Shown: positions 19,931 to 28,839 of the stretch, one piece after another
How positions within the stretch are numbered: position 1 is the stretch's first letter
Layout: each line of letters opens with the position of its first letter
Virus record (IMG/VR): IMGVR_UViG_3300036783_000127
Coordinates: 1-34,686 of that record
DNA length: 34,686 nt
Reading direction: 5' to 3' (one strand)
Source: a virus
Taxonomy: Duplodnaviria > Caudoviricetes
Notes under the pieces: model-generated
Database searches by the model: none
Seen by the model: only the letters and a program-made list of their open reading frames with translations
What the model was told of the DNA's origin: nothing
Program-made: the position numbers and the translations under genes

Positions 19931-20848
19931 TTACATACGGGCCTGCTGATCCATAACAGCAGCACGTAACTGGATACTGGATTGCTGGGGCGAGGGTTTG
20001 TATTTCGCGGCAATCGCGTTGATGGCTGACTGAGGATCGGACATCTCATCTGCCAGCCCTGCCGCGACGGCGTTCTGCCCGAAATACAGCGCGGCCTGGG
20101 AGCCGATAACGGCGTCGATATCTATGCCGCGATACTGCGCGACGGAGGACGTGAACGTCTGGTATGCGCTGTCGATCATCGCCTGTATCTGGGACGTGGC
20201 CAGCTCCGTCAGCGGTTCATGTGGGGAGCCGTTGTTCTTGTTATCGCCGCGCGAGAACGTGGTAAATTTCAGCCCCACGCTCTCCTCCCATTTCGATGCT
20301 TCCATGTGCTCCAGGATGACCCCGATGGAGCCCACGCCGCTGGTTTCGCTGACGATAATTTTGCTGCAGGCCGACGCGATAAAGTACGCCGCAGAGAACG
20401 CGCTGAAGTTCACGATGGCCGTAATGGGCTTCACGCTGCGCGACTGGTAAATGTAGTCAGCCAGCTCCTTACAGCCCGATACCGCGCCGCCGCCCGAGTT
20501 AATATCGAGCACGATTTCTTTAATACCCGGGTCGTTCAGAAGGGAAGCCAGCTGACCGCGAATACGCTCGTAGCTGTTCAGCTCCGTACACATATTCACG
20601 ATCTGGCCACGCCGGGGAACCAGGATGCCGTGGATGGGAATAACGCCCACACCGCCGCCGCTTTGCTGCGGTTCGTTAGTATCCGGTGACTCATCCGGCC
20701 CCAGGGCCATTTCCAGCGGGGCCACATTCATGCCCTGCAGGCGGGGAACCAGGATCGACTTCACCGAGTCCATGATTTGCCGCGTGGCGTAGTGAGGCAC
20801 CCCGAACACCTGGTCAGCCAGGTGCGGCAGGTTGATTAATTTCGACAT
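19931..20848 (-). CDS. S49-family prohead protease
   Basis: LDINSGGG, AFSAAYFIASA, GVGSIGV. Confidence 0.92.
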   Translation of the reverse strand: MSKLINLPHLADQVFGVPHYATRQIMDSVKSILVPRLQGMNVAPLEMALGPDESPDTNEPQQSGGGVGVIPIHGILVPRRGQIVNMCTELNSYERIRGQLASLLNDPGIKEIVLDINSGGGAVSGCKELADYIYQSRSVKPITAIVNFSAFSAAYFIASACSKIIVSETSGVGSIGVILEHMEASKWEESVGLKFTTFSRGDNKNNGSPHEPLTELATSQIQAMIDSAYQTFTSSVAQYRGIDIDAVIGSQAALYFGQNAVAAGLADEMSDPQSAINAIAAKYKPSPQQSSIQLRAAVMDQQARM

Positions 20849-20881
20849 TGTGTATACCTGTGAGAGCCTGATAATCAGGTT

Positions 20882-22141
20882 TTATGCAGTTCGCTGCAGG
20901 ATTGCGCTGATTTCGCTTATCTGCGCGGGGGTGGCTTTATCCAGCCCGTGAACGGTGCTGGTATCGACCATGTTCAGCGGCGTCAGATACTTGTCGCCGC
21001 CCTCTACCGGGGCCATGTTCTCCATGCGCCGGATATCGTTTACCGACAGCCAGCCCCACTGGCGGCCCAGCGCGTAGGACTCGTAACGCGATTTCTGATC
21101 GCCGCGCAGCAGCGACGAGACGTTGAACTCGATGTAAAAGTCGCGACGCTCGCTGGGTAACAACAAATCGCGCATCATCGCCGCTTCATGGCGCTTCAGC
21201 CAGGCCAGCAGCGTGTACATCACGTACTGAAGCCCCTGGTGCTCGATGTTATTGTTGGTCGATTTGTCGAGAAGCTGAATCATGTGCGGCGGGATTTTGT
21301 AAAGCCTGCACACCTCGTTTACCGTCCACTGGCGCGACTGCAGCAGCTGCGCTTTTTCGTTGTCCTGCGACAGCTGCTTGTAGCTCATACCCTCCTGCAG
21401 CAACGCCACGCTGAAGGCGTTTCGCACGCCGGAATAGCGGTCCGTCCATTTGGCCAGAAGCTTGTCAATTGACGCCTGGCTCTTGATGGCTCCCGCCTCT
21501 TTGGGGCGCTCAATCACGCCGGACATCGTGGTGCCACGGGCGAACACCTGCGCGGCGTGCTGCTCAACCGCCATGCCCAGCCCGAGAACGTCCGCGTTCG
21601 TCTGAATCGGGGAGGTGCCGATGTACCCGTCGAGCGAGAAATACTTGATGTGATGCATCATGCGCATCGGCACCGTTTCACCCAGCTCAGGCAGCTCGTA
21701 ATACGGCATCCCGTCCGGCCCTTTCAGGACGATGACCTTTTTGGGGTTAATCGGTATCAGTTCAGCGATATCGCCGTTGCCGTGCCGGTCAATCAGGGAA
21801 TAGCTGTTCCCCTCAAGCCCCAGCACGCCCTGCTGCTGTTCGTAATATTCAAAGCTGGTGTCCTTTCTGTTTGGCTGCGAATGGATCACATCGTACAGGG
21901 GATGATCCGTTGCCCTGCGCCGACCGCCTTTTTCGTCGCGCTGATAAAGCTCGACGGGCAGCTGGGCGATGGATTCGGCAAGGAGCGTCACACAGGCGCG
22001 AATAGCCCCGATCCCCATTGCCGTTTCCGGCGTAACCAGCATGCCCGATGAGCTCTTGCTGGCGCTGACGCTACCGAGAACCGTTGTCCAGTTGCTCCCT
22101 CCCGGACGCGACCTGCCCCGGAAGAACTGAGGAATGAACAT
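20882..22141 (-). CDS. portal protein, HK97 family
   Basis: ACVTLLAESIAQLP, LEGNSY, LLQEGMSYKQLS, LSVNDIRRMEN. Confidence 0.96.
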   Translation of the reverse strand: MFIPQFFRGRSRPGGSNWTTVLGSVSASKSSSGMLVTPETAMGIGAIRACVTLLAESIAQLPVELYQRDEKGGRRRATDHPLYDVIHSQPNRKDTSFEYYEQQQGVLGLEGNSYSLIDRHGNGDIAELIPINPKKVIVLKGPDGMPYYELPELGETVPMRMMHHIKYFSLDGYIGTSPIQTNADVLGLGMAVEQHAAQVFARGTTMSGVIERPKEAGAIKSQASIDKLLAKWTDRYSGVRNAFSVALLQEGMSYKQLSQDNEKAQLLQSRQWTVNEVCRLYKIPPHMIQLLDKSTNNNIEHQGLQYVMYTLLAWLKRHEAAMMRDLLLPSERRDFYIEFNVSSLLRGDQKSRYESYALGRQWGWLSVNDIRRMENMAPVEGGDKYLTPLNMVDTSTVHGLDKATPAQISEISAILQRTA

Positions 22142-22320
22142 CAGTTACCCCCTGGAGAATCATTCGCAGGCGCAGCGGCTCTGGCAGCAAAATAGGATGC
22201 CAGAAGGCAAAACACGCCTGCAGTAATAACGCCTGCAGGCGGAAACACCATCCACGCGCCAAACGAGATAAGCGCCGCGCCGAACAGGCCGATCATAAAA
22301 GTAATAATTGCCGTTAACAT
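22141..22320 (-). CDS. 59-aa two-TM membrane protein between terminase and portal (not in ORF track)
   Basis: MLTAIITFMIGLFGAALISFGAWMVFPPAGVITAGVFCLLASYFAARAAAPANDSPGGN*; overlaps the terL stop and portal start (TGATG). Confidence 0.75.
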   Translation of the reverse strand: MLTAIITFMIGLFGAALISFGAWMVFPPAGVITAGVFCLLASYFAARAAAPANDSPGGN

Positions 22321-24029
22321 GCGACGTCTTCCTCATCATAAACGGATTGATTGCTGGCCCGACCGTTCAGCATTGCGCGGCCTATAGCCATAAACAGCGC
22401 TGTTGCGCCGTCGATTTTTGACTGCTTGTCGCCCTTCGTCGGTCGGACGATATCGTCGCTTCCGGGGACATTTTTTCCGATAACGTTGCTGATACACCAT
22501 GACAGGACCGGGTTCCCGTCATGGTGGAAACGACCGCCAGCGAGCGCCGCTTCCAGCTCCTTCATCGGCGGCGACATGTTGGTGTAGTCCTGCCGGATAG
22601 AAATGGGCTCAAACCCGTGGTCCTGCAGCTCGTGACTGAGTGCCGTGGCCCCGCTGGGGTCGATGGGGATTTCGCTGACGCGGACCTTATCAATTTCCTG
22701 AAGGTCGATAATGCTGGCCAGAATTTCGCGATAGTCCGCCTCTGCCCCATCTGTCGCTTCAAGCGCCCCCATTTCGACGAACTTCACATACCGGTCTGCA
22801 GTTTTGGCAATTTTCGGGTCCGTGCTCCGGACCGTGTCCTCCGGTACCCAGAATTTCGGCCTGATGCAGTAGTAGTGTTTCTTACCCTCAATTTCGCGGA
22901 CGAAAACGCCAACACCGGCGTTAAGATCCAGGCGCTGGGCAAGGTCCAGACCGAGGTAATAATCCTCGCCTGCAAAGTCCTCGTAGCGCAGGGATTTATC
23001 GGCTGCAGCATGCCATTGCGTCATGTTGTAGAACGCGGCTTTACCGGATACCCAGATATTCAGACGCTTCGTTTTAAAGGCGTTGACCTTGCGCGGTACC
23101 TGTTTAGCGACCTCCATCTCCGCCAGCAGATCGTCATACGATATCGATACGTCGAGGTTAGGGTTCGCTTTAATAAAGTTGGTCGGGTCGGTCCAGTCGT
23201 CCCCTTCATCGAGCTCGTAAATCAGGCCAAACAGGCGGTCGTTAGGGACATGCCCGTTAAGCATCTCCTTGACCTGTTTATCCTTGTCGTAGCATGGCGA
23301 TTCCAGAGACGTACCCGCCGTGGTGATGATAAGCGTCAGTGGCTGCGAACGTGCGCCCATGCCCAGCGTCATGGCTTCATACATGTGATCCGTATCGTGC
23401 TCATGATATTCATCAATTATCGCGCAGTGAGGGCTGTCACCGTCGCCAGGCTTCCCGGCGATGGGCGCGAACAGCGAGCCGTCCGGACGGGTCAGGCTGT
23501 CAACCCAGACCGAAATATTGAATTTTGAGCGGAGCGACGGAAGGCGATCTGCCATCTGCCTGGCTGGGGTGAATACCTTTTTCGCCTGCGCCATCGTGGT
23601 GGCCCCGCAGTACACTTCCGCGCTGTTTTCACCATCAGCGCAGAACATGTACGTGCCTATGCCTGCCGCAAAAAAAGATTTCCCGTTCTTCCTGGCCACC
23701 CGGATATACGCTTCGCGAAATCGGCGCTTTTTGGTCTTTTTCGTGACCCAGCCGAAAATTGAGCTGAATGCAAACGCCTGCCAGGGTTCCAGCTTCAGTT
23801 TTTGACCGGCTAAATCACCGCTGGAATGCGGTAAAAGCTGAACGAAACGGCAGGCGCGTTCCGCCAGTTCACGGTCGAACCGGTAGGGGTAATCCTTATC
23901 GAGAGAAATTTTCAGATCATTAAAATGGCGCTGGCATGCCAGCTGGATGCTCTTGCAGGCAAGTATTTTCCCGTTCAGCACATCCCGCGCATACTGGTTC
24001 GCCATATTGACGCTCGGGTACGCGGCCAT
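22314..24029 (-). CDS. terL: terminase large subunit
   Basis: Walker A VARKNGKS, Walker B AIIDEYH, ITTAG, GLDLA, KIDGATA. Confidence 0.97.
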   Translation of the reverse strand: MAAYPSVNMANQYARDVLNGKILACKSIQLACQRHFNDLKISLDKDYPYRFDRELAERACRFVQLLPHSSGDLAGQKLKLEPWQAFAFSSIFGWVTKKTKKRRFREAYIRVARKNGKSFFAAGIGTYMFCADGENSAEVYCGATTMAQAKKVFTPARQMADRLPSLRSKFNISVWVDSLTRPDGSLFAPIAGKPGDGDSPHCAIIDEYHEHDTDHMYEAMTLGMGARSQPLTLIITTAGTSLESPCYDKDKQVKEMLNGHVPNDRLFGLIYELDEGDDWTDPTNFIKANPNLDVSISYDDLLAEMEVAKQVPRKVNAFKTKRLNIWVSGKAAFYNMTQWHAAADKSLRYEDFAGEDYYLGLDLAQRLDLNAGVGVFVREIEGKKHYYCIRPKFWVPEDTVRSTDPKIAKTADRYVKFVEMGALEATDGAEADYREILASIIDLQEIDKVRVSEIPIDPSGATALSHELQDHGFEPISIRQDYTNMSPPMKELEAALAGGRFHHDGNPVLSWCISNVIGKNVPGSDDIVRPTKGDKQSKIDGATALFMAIGRAMLNGRASNQSVYDEEDVAC

Positions 24030-24063
24030 AATAAGTCCCTAAAAATTGGGACCATCGCCCCAT

Positions 24064-24498
24064 TCAAAATTCGTCAAATTCATTGCCGGATTTACTTTCT
24101 TCGCCCGGCGCGCGTTTTCTGGCTCGGCTGTTGGGATCAAGTTTCAGAACCACGCTAAGACGGATAAGCTGTGAGATATATTTATCCCGCGCCTTTACTG
24201 CGGCTCCCATTTTCTGCCCACCGGCAGCAGTTTCATCCCCAACCCCATCAGCCTTTATTTCCTGGTTCGCGTCGTAAAGGAGCTGCACCGTGTTGCAATA
24301 TTCCATCAGCAGATAGCAGTCCTCCATTTCGAACGAACCACGGTTAATCAGAATTTTGCAGGTTCGTTTCCAGGCATCGATCGCCATCTCACCCAACAGT
24401 TCATCTGGCGGTGAAACTGCACGAGTCAGAGAACTTACCTGCGTTCCGGTCTTCTTCGGCTTCCGACCTCCCCCCGGCGATCTCACTCCGGTACTCAT
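24064..24498 (-). CDS. terS: terminase small subunit, P27 family
   Basis: GGGRKPK N-terminus, LKLDPNSRAR; directly upstream of terL. Confidence 0.88.
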   Translation of the reverse strand: MSTGVRSPGGGRKPKKTGTQVSSLTRAVSPPDELLGEMAIDAWKRTCKILINRGSFEMEDCYLLMEYCNTVQLLYDANQEIKADGVGDETAAGGQKMGAAVKARDKYISQLIRLSVVLKLDPNSRARKRAPGEESKSGNEFDEF

Positions 24499-24519
24499 AG
24501 CGAAACACCTCAAATATCA

Positions 24520-24612
24520 TCAAAAAAAAATTCTTATTTCTCACGCGCAAAAAACTACCGGGAGCGGCAGTCCTTAAAAGCGAAAGGGGTTGAGGATTTG
24601 ATCCCCCCCATA
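24520..24612 (-). other. probable cognate cos (packaging) region
   Basis: Intergenic between HNH and terS; G-run, GGACTGCCGCTCCC core at 24560-24573, A/T tracts. Position typical of HNH-associated 3'-overhang cos phages; exact cut site unknown. Confidence 0.55.
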
Positions 24613-24634
24613 CCATGCGCTGATCGGCCAAATT

Positions 24635-24997
24635 TCACCTGAGACGCTCCCTTGCAGTCTTGGCTCTATGGCATTGCCAGCATAATGCCTCCAGATTGAA
24701 ATCATCGTCCGTTCCGCCGTGAGCCTTAGCGAGGATATGGTCGACAGTACTGGCTCGGGTTGCTATGCCAGCACGTCGACACTCCTGACATATATGTTTA
24801 TCACGCTGAAGGATACGTGCACGCCTGACTTCCCAGAGACGCCCGTAACCACGCTCTTGTCGGCTTTTACCGTTCTGATAGTTGCGCCATCCTTCACCGG
24901 CATGCTGCTGCCGATGTCCATCGCAGTAGCCGCTTGAGTCATTTGTCAGCGCGGCACAGCCTTTATGCCTGCATGGCCTTTTGATGCGTGGAGGCAT
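24635..24997 (-). CDS. HNH endonuclease, packaging-associated (HK97 gp74-like)
   Basis: RGYG..W, CQEC, VDHI..GGTD..NLEALCWQCHRAKT. Confidence 0.93.
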   Translation of the reverse strand: MPPRIKRPCRHKGCAALTNDSSGYCDGHRQQHAGEGWRNYQNGKSRQERGYGRLWEVRRARILQRDKHICQECRRAGIATRASTVDHILAKAHGGTDDDFNLEALCWQCHRAKTARERLR

Positions 24998-25057
24998 ACC
25001 TAGAGACCAACCTTATGTTGAAAATTATTTATTTAATCGACTACTAAGAGACTCGAA

Positions 25058-25105
25058 TTATCCCTTACTGCGGATAACTTTAGAGATATCCTCAGTAAGG
25101 GATAA
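25058..25105. repeat. 19-bp inverted repeat with 10-nt spacer
   Basis: TTATCCCTTACTGCGGATA-N10-TATCCTCAGTAAGGGATAA, one mismatch. Confidence 0.85.
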
Positions 25106-25150
25106 GACAAAGTCAGGAGAAGAAAAGAAGCAGAGGTTGCCGTACGAACC

Positions 25151-25214
25151 TCATAAATAGCGAGAGTCCGCGAGGTCGCCGCCCCGTAACATGTCAGATA
25201 GCCGGAAAGGACCC
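25151..25214 (-). other. orphan lambda-type cos (cosQ-cosN-I2)
   Basis: GGGTCCT (25214-25208), 23 bp, GGGCGGCGACCT (25184-25173), then CGCGGACTCTCGCTATTTATGA. Confidence 0.88.
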
Positions 25215-25459
25215 GGAAAGCTCAGGGAAATCTCATGTTCGGACTTTGATGCTGCCTTCATTTCAACCCGCCAGGCTTCAGCACGTTGCACGTGCGATAA
25301 GAATATTAAATCCCAGCTTTAACGAGGCATATTTGGAATGCTAATTGAGTTTATAAATCTTAGGCATGGTGATATACCCCCCAATTCTAATTGCCTCATA
25401 TCAATACAAGGCAATCAAAAGAAGCACTAAAATTAATAATTGAAATTCTTTAGAGCGCC

Positions 25460-25868
25460 CTACATCAAATTGGCAGATAAAATATTTGTTAACACCAAAT
25501 AAAACAGACCTAAAGCTTGAGCCAAAATCATCAATGTTATAGCCAGCGTCTTGTAGCTCAATCTGAACATGTAAATCGACTGCGCAAATAATATCAGGCA
25601 GAGGACAGGCGACAGGCCAACAAAAAAAGTTGTTAAGGTCGAACCCTTCACGACTGACAACACCATTGCCATCCTTGTAACCGGGATTTATGGTTCAAAA
25701 ATGCATTACCGCAGTAACACTTGAAATCATCAAAAGGAAAACACACATGATCGTTACTCTTTTCATTTGAAGTCCATATGAAATCAGCATTAAGCTCAAA
25801 AAAACTAATGCTGATGAAAGACTGAGGAAAAACAATAAGTCATTGATGTCTTCATTTAAGATGAACAT
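25460..25868 (-). pseudogene. probable disrupted multi-TM membrane protein moron
   Basis: 57-aa hydrophobic ORF (25868-25695) and 70-aa hydrophobic ORF (25672-25460) join if one TGA and one extra T in a T7 run are corrected. Confidence 0.45.
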
Positions 25869-26164
25869 TCGAATTGTACTCTTTTATTGGGTTATACACT
25901 AATGATAGCGTTTATCCACAACATTTTTATATCTTTCTAACCCTAAACTTCTGCTGTCCAATATCTTCAAATTGAATGTTCGTTTGACTTGTATCGCTCA
26001 GCAACTTCTCCCATCAGGAGTTTGCTTCTTTTGCTATGTCCTTCTCATGCCAGCAGGTTGCTTTGCCTGATGCATCCATAACTACATGCCGGGCCTAAGA
26101 AAGTTCTCAATCGCTCCCGCTTACGCTTGTTGATTCACAGGTAAGTGCCACGCTATTAAGGACT

Positions 26165-26257
26165 CTGATGCGGAGACTGCCAACTCCAGGGAAACATCAA
26201 TAAAAAGAGCAAGTGAAACTGAGACTCTGGTAGCCCTCCCTGTGAGGGCATTTTTTT
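26165..26257 (+). ncRNA. candidate antisense-strand small RNA
   Basis: TTGATT-18-TATTAA promoter-like (26130-26159); GCCCTC/GAGGGC hairpin with T7; no sizeable ORF. Confidence 0.35.
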
Positions 26258-26373
26258 ACAATACGGTGCTTCGCTTGTTAAATATCGAGTATTTTCTACA
26301 ATTTAATGGTGCTTTGCTATGTCAGGGAAAGCCGTCGTTCAGGAATACCCGTGTGCTCAAGGACGAGCCATCC

Positions 26374-26892
26374 CTAGTTTTTTCTTTCCAGCTCAATCTG
26401 CCTGATGCCAGCGAAGTGATTATTCCCCTTCTCGATGACGGCCAGTAGCGGCTTAATCCAAAGAACGGCCTGGCAGTAAGTCATTGTGCTGGTGGCAGCG
26501 GTACGATCATCGGCTGCGTCAGGTCTGTTGGTATAGGTGTGCATTGCGCTGGAACGTAAACGGTACGCGTATTCGAGCAGCCCACCAGCAATGTCAGCAG
26601 GAACAGGCAGATCACAGGTTTTTTCACGGCGGAGAATCTCCCGGTATTCGATTACGGTTTCTTCGGTGCTGGTGTCGATCAGGGAGTTAAGCCTGTTGGC
26701 ATGTTCTGCAACCTGATTGAACCGATTGAAGTTGAATGCCTGGGTGGCGATCACCTGCTCCTGCATAGAGTTGTCACTTCGCAGAACGTCGTTATCGCTC
26801 TGAAGGCTACTGGCGTCGGAGCAACTCTTAACGAGAGCGACCGAAAGGACAGCAATAACAACAACGCCTATAAGACCCGGATTTATTTTCAT
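26374..26892 (-). CDS. i-spanin (Rz-like)
   Basis: N-terminal TM, coiled coil, ATGA overlap with endolysin stop. Confidence 0.82.
   Translation of the reverse strand: MKINPGLIGVVVIAVLSVALVKSCSDASSLQSDNDVLRSDNSMQEQVIATQAFNFNRFNQVAEHANRLNSLIDTSTEETVIEYREILRREKTCDLPVPADIAGGLLEYAYRLRSSAMHTYTNRPDAADDRTAATSTMTYCQAVLWIKPLLAVIEKGNNHFAGIRQIELERKN
26481..26627 (-). CDS. embedded o-spanin lipoprotein (Rz1-like), short, not in ORF track
   Basis: GTG start; MKKPVICLFLLTLLVG-CSNTRTVYVPAQCTPIPTDLTQPMIVPLPPAQ*; lipobox LVGC, Pro-rich. Confidence 0.78.
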   Translation of the reverse strand: MKKPVICLFLLTLLVGCSNTRTVYVPAQCTPIPTDLTQPMIVPLPPAQ

Positions 26893-27428
26893 TGGTCCAG
26901 CCCCCAGCACGCCATTGCGCTTTCCTGATCGCGCCGCTCGACCTGCCCATAACAGCCATTCTTCTGACCTTTAGTCAGACGGCAATCACGTCCACCGTCT
27001 TTAATCCACCAGCGGATTGCCTCGCATGCACCGATGCGGTCACCTGCGTTGATGCGCTTATAGAACGTGGACGGAAAGCATTTCCCGGGGCCGATGTTAT
27101 ACGGGCAGAAGGATGCGATACCAACCTTCTGTGGTTCTGTCAGAGGCACTTTGATATTGCGATCAACCCAGGCTAATGCCTTATCGCGTTCAAAAGCGTT
27201 AACCTTCCGGCATTGTTCCTCAGTGGCCGTCATGCCTTTAACAACACGCCTGCCATCGATAACGGTAACGCCGTGACATAAAGACCAGACCCCACCCGGA
27301 TCAACAACGGCCGCCAGCGCATTGCCTTCTTTCTCGCTTATGAATTGGTCGAAAATGAGTGGAGCAGATGCACCTGACGCGATTAGCGCCAGCACTGCTG
27401 CGCTGAGCTTTGCTTTATTCGACATCAT
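26889..27428 (-). CDS. SAR endolysin, GH24 lysozyme
   Basis: Ala/Gly-rich SAR segment, E-x8-D-x5-[14 protein letters not shown]. Confidence 0.92.
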   Translation of the reverse strand: MMSNKAKLSAAVLALIASGASAPLIFDQFISEKEGNALAAVVDPGGVWSLCHGVTVIDGRRVVKGMTATEEQCRKVNAFERDKALAWVDRNIKVPLTEPQKVGIASFCPYNIGPGKCFPSTFYKRINAGDRIGACEAIRWWIKDGGRDCRLTKGQKNGCYGQVERRDQESAMACWGLDQ

Positions 27429-27640
27429 TCACCCCGGGCAGCTTTGCGGCGATCCGCTTTGATTTGGAAATAGAGATTGGTAAGAAAGGTAAGCAAACCG
27501 CACAGTAAACTACCGATCACACCTATAGCTGCCCACTGTTCAGGTGTGTAGCCGTCGAGAAGCCTTCTTACCCAGTAAATGGCACTTCCTCCCGAGGCGC
27601 CGTAGGAAATGCCAGTAGTTATTTTGTCCATTTGATACAT
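27425..27640 (-). CDS. class II pinholin (phage 21 S-like)
   Basis: [14 protein letters not shown], [14 protein letters not shown]; 71/68-aa dual start. Confidence 0.92.
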   Translation of the reverse strand: MYQMDKITTGISYGASGGSAIYWVRRLLDGYTPEQWAAIGVIGSLLCGLLTFLTNLYFQIKADRRKAARGE

Positions 27641-27723
27641 GCTCTCACCTCGCTGTACGCGGGTGCGTTTTTAGGGAATAAAAAAAGCCGCCTATTGGCA
27701 GCTTCTATGGAAAGAATAAGTGT

Positions 27724-27912
27724 TCAGATTGGAGATTCTAACGGGCCGGCAAGCATTTCTGCCTCGCCGTTATTGCAAATATCATCGCCAATGGTGAGAT
27801 GCCAGACTCCAAAATATGTCTGGCCTGTTTCCAGGTCTTCAGTCACGCCATCACTGTAGTAGGCAACCTGAGTTTTGCCGTTATGCTGAATCCAGTAATA
27901 ACCCTCTTTCAT
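27724..27912 (-). CDS. small hypothetical moron protein
   Basis: 62 aa, GGGGAG RBS, own terminator at 27680-27704. Confidence 0.7.
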   Translation of the reverse strand: MKEGYYWIQHNGKTQVAYYSDGVTEDLETGQTYFGVWHLTIGDDICNNGEAEMLAGPLESPI

Positions 27913-27993
27913 ATCTACTCCCCCAACGTTTTATGGAAGTGTAGATATTTTTATGGCCGGCTGGCGTTGGATAAACTTAAAAATGAATGAAGC

Positions 27994-28055
27994 ACGACGA
28001 TATGACAGGGGTATTGATGCTATGCACCTCGCGAATACCCCTGTCGTATCGCCGT
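27994..28055 (-). repeat. 22-bp hairpin in the late leader
   Basis: ACGACGATATGACAGGGGTATT-N18-AATACCCCTGTCGTATCGCCGT. Confidence 0.8.
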
Positions 28056-28060
28056 AAAGC

Positions 28061-28082
28061 AAAAGCCCCGACTGGCGGGGCT
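28061..28082 (-). terminator. tR'-like late-leader terminator
   Basis: AGCCCCGCCAGTCGGGGCTTTT on minus strand. Confidence 0.72.
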
Positions 28083-28149
28083 CTCGTTATTTTCAAATTG
28101 TTGCTTAAGTTCGCTGCCATCGCGACGCAGCTCTGCCAAGCATGGGAGA

Positions 28150-28177
28150 ATTATCTAAATTCCTGGCTCGTTTTCAA
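28150..28177 (-). promoter_or_regulatory. pR'-like late promoter
   Basis: TTGAAA-16-GATAAT just after the Q gene, followed by a short terminated leader. Confidence 0.6.
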
Positions 28178-28227
28178 TGCCTAATTAGAAGAAAAGCACT
28201 AAATGCTAAACCACACTAATTCCCTCA

Positions 28228-28827
28228 CTACTCAGTCAGAAGTTTCCGCGTAGATAAAAAGACCTTCGCCCTGAATATTTCCAGGCACCAGCGAACACGT
28301 TTTCGCGCCTCCCAGTCTGTTAACCACGGTGCGATCAACTGTAATTCCCTCGTAATGTCAGAGATTTTTTTGCGTGTGGTGTAGTACTGCAGGCCGACGA
28401 TATAAACCGGATCATTTACATCAAGCGCCTGCAGAACTGACTGCTCGACAAAATCAACGTCATCATCGTGCATGGCTTCATCAATGATGCTGGTGGCTGG
28501 CTGTGGCCAAAGGATAGCGTGGGCACGATTAAGCGCCTGCGGCCCCCTGAATCCTTCACCCCGAGCTTGTTCGAGTGCAGCTGTAAAGCGAGACAATGCC
28601 CTGTCCGACCATCGTCCACCTTTAAGGACATCCCAGCAGGCATGTGCACGGGGTAGACGTGGAGCAGTTCCACCGCTCACCCCTTCTCCCCATGTTGTAA
28701 GCAATGACTTAATCCAGGCCGCCTGAATATCGGTCAGGAGCATACTTTTACCCAGCCAGCTTTTACGCGGCGCAGTCGCTGCTTTACCCAGCGCTTCGAT
28801 ATGATTACGGCGTTGACGTGGTGTCAT
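28228..28827 (-). CDS. late-gene antiterminator Q (phage 21-like, DUF1133)
   Basis: WIKSLLTTWG; last gene before late promoter and lysis genes. Confidence 0.78.
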   Translation of the reverse strand: MTPRQRRNHIEALGKAATAPRKSWLGKSMLLTDIQAAWIKSLLTTWGEGVSGGTAPRLPRAHACWDVLKGGRWSDRALSRFTAALEQARGEGFRGPQALNRAHAILWPQPATSIIDEAMHDDDVDFVEQSVLQALDVNDPVYIVGLQYYTTRKKISDITRELQLIAPWLTDWEARKRVRWCLEIFRAKVFLSTRKLLTE

Positions 28828-28839
28828 CCTGTTCGCTCC

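Noticed and set aside
834-24577. Many plus-strand ORFs over umuDC, tail and head genes
   Set aside because: Antisense shadows of well-supported minus-strand genes, with no recognisable motifs; only the fibre cassette at 3136-3963 is kept
5511-24997. Tailocin or gene transfer agent interpretation
   Set aside because: Full head, portal and cos-type terminase are present, which fits an ordinary cos phage
26325-26374. Imperfect hairpin after the spanin stop
   Set aside because: Many mismatches and no U-tract; not enough to call an RNA element
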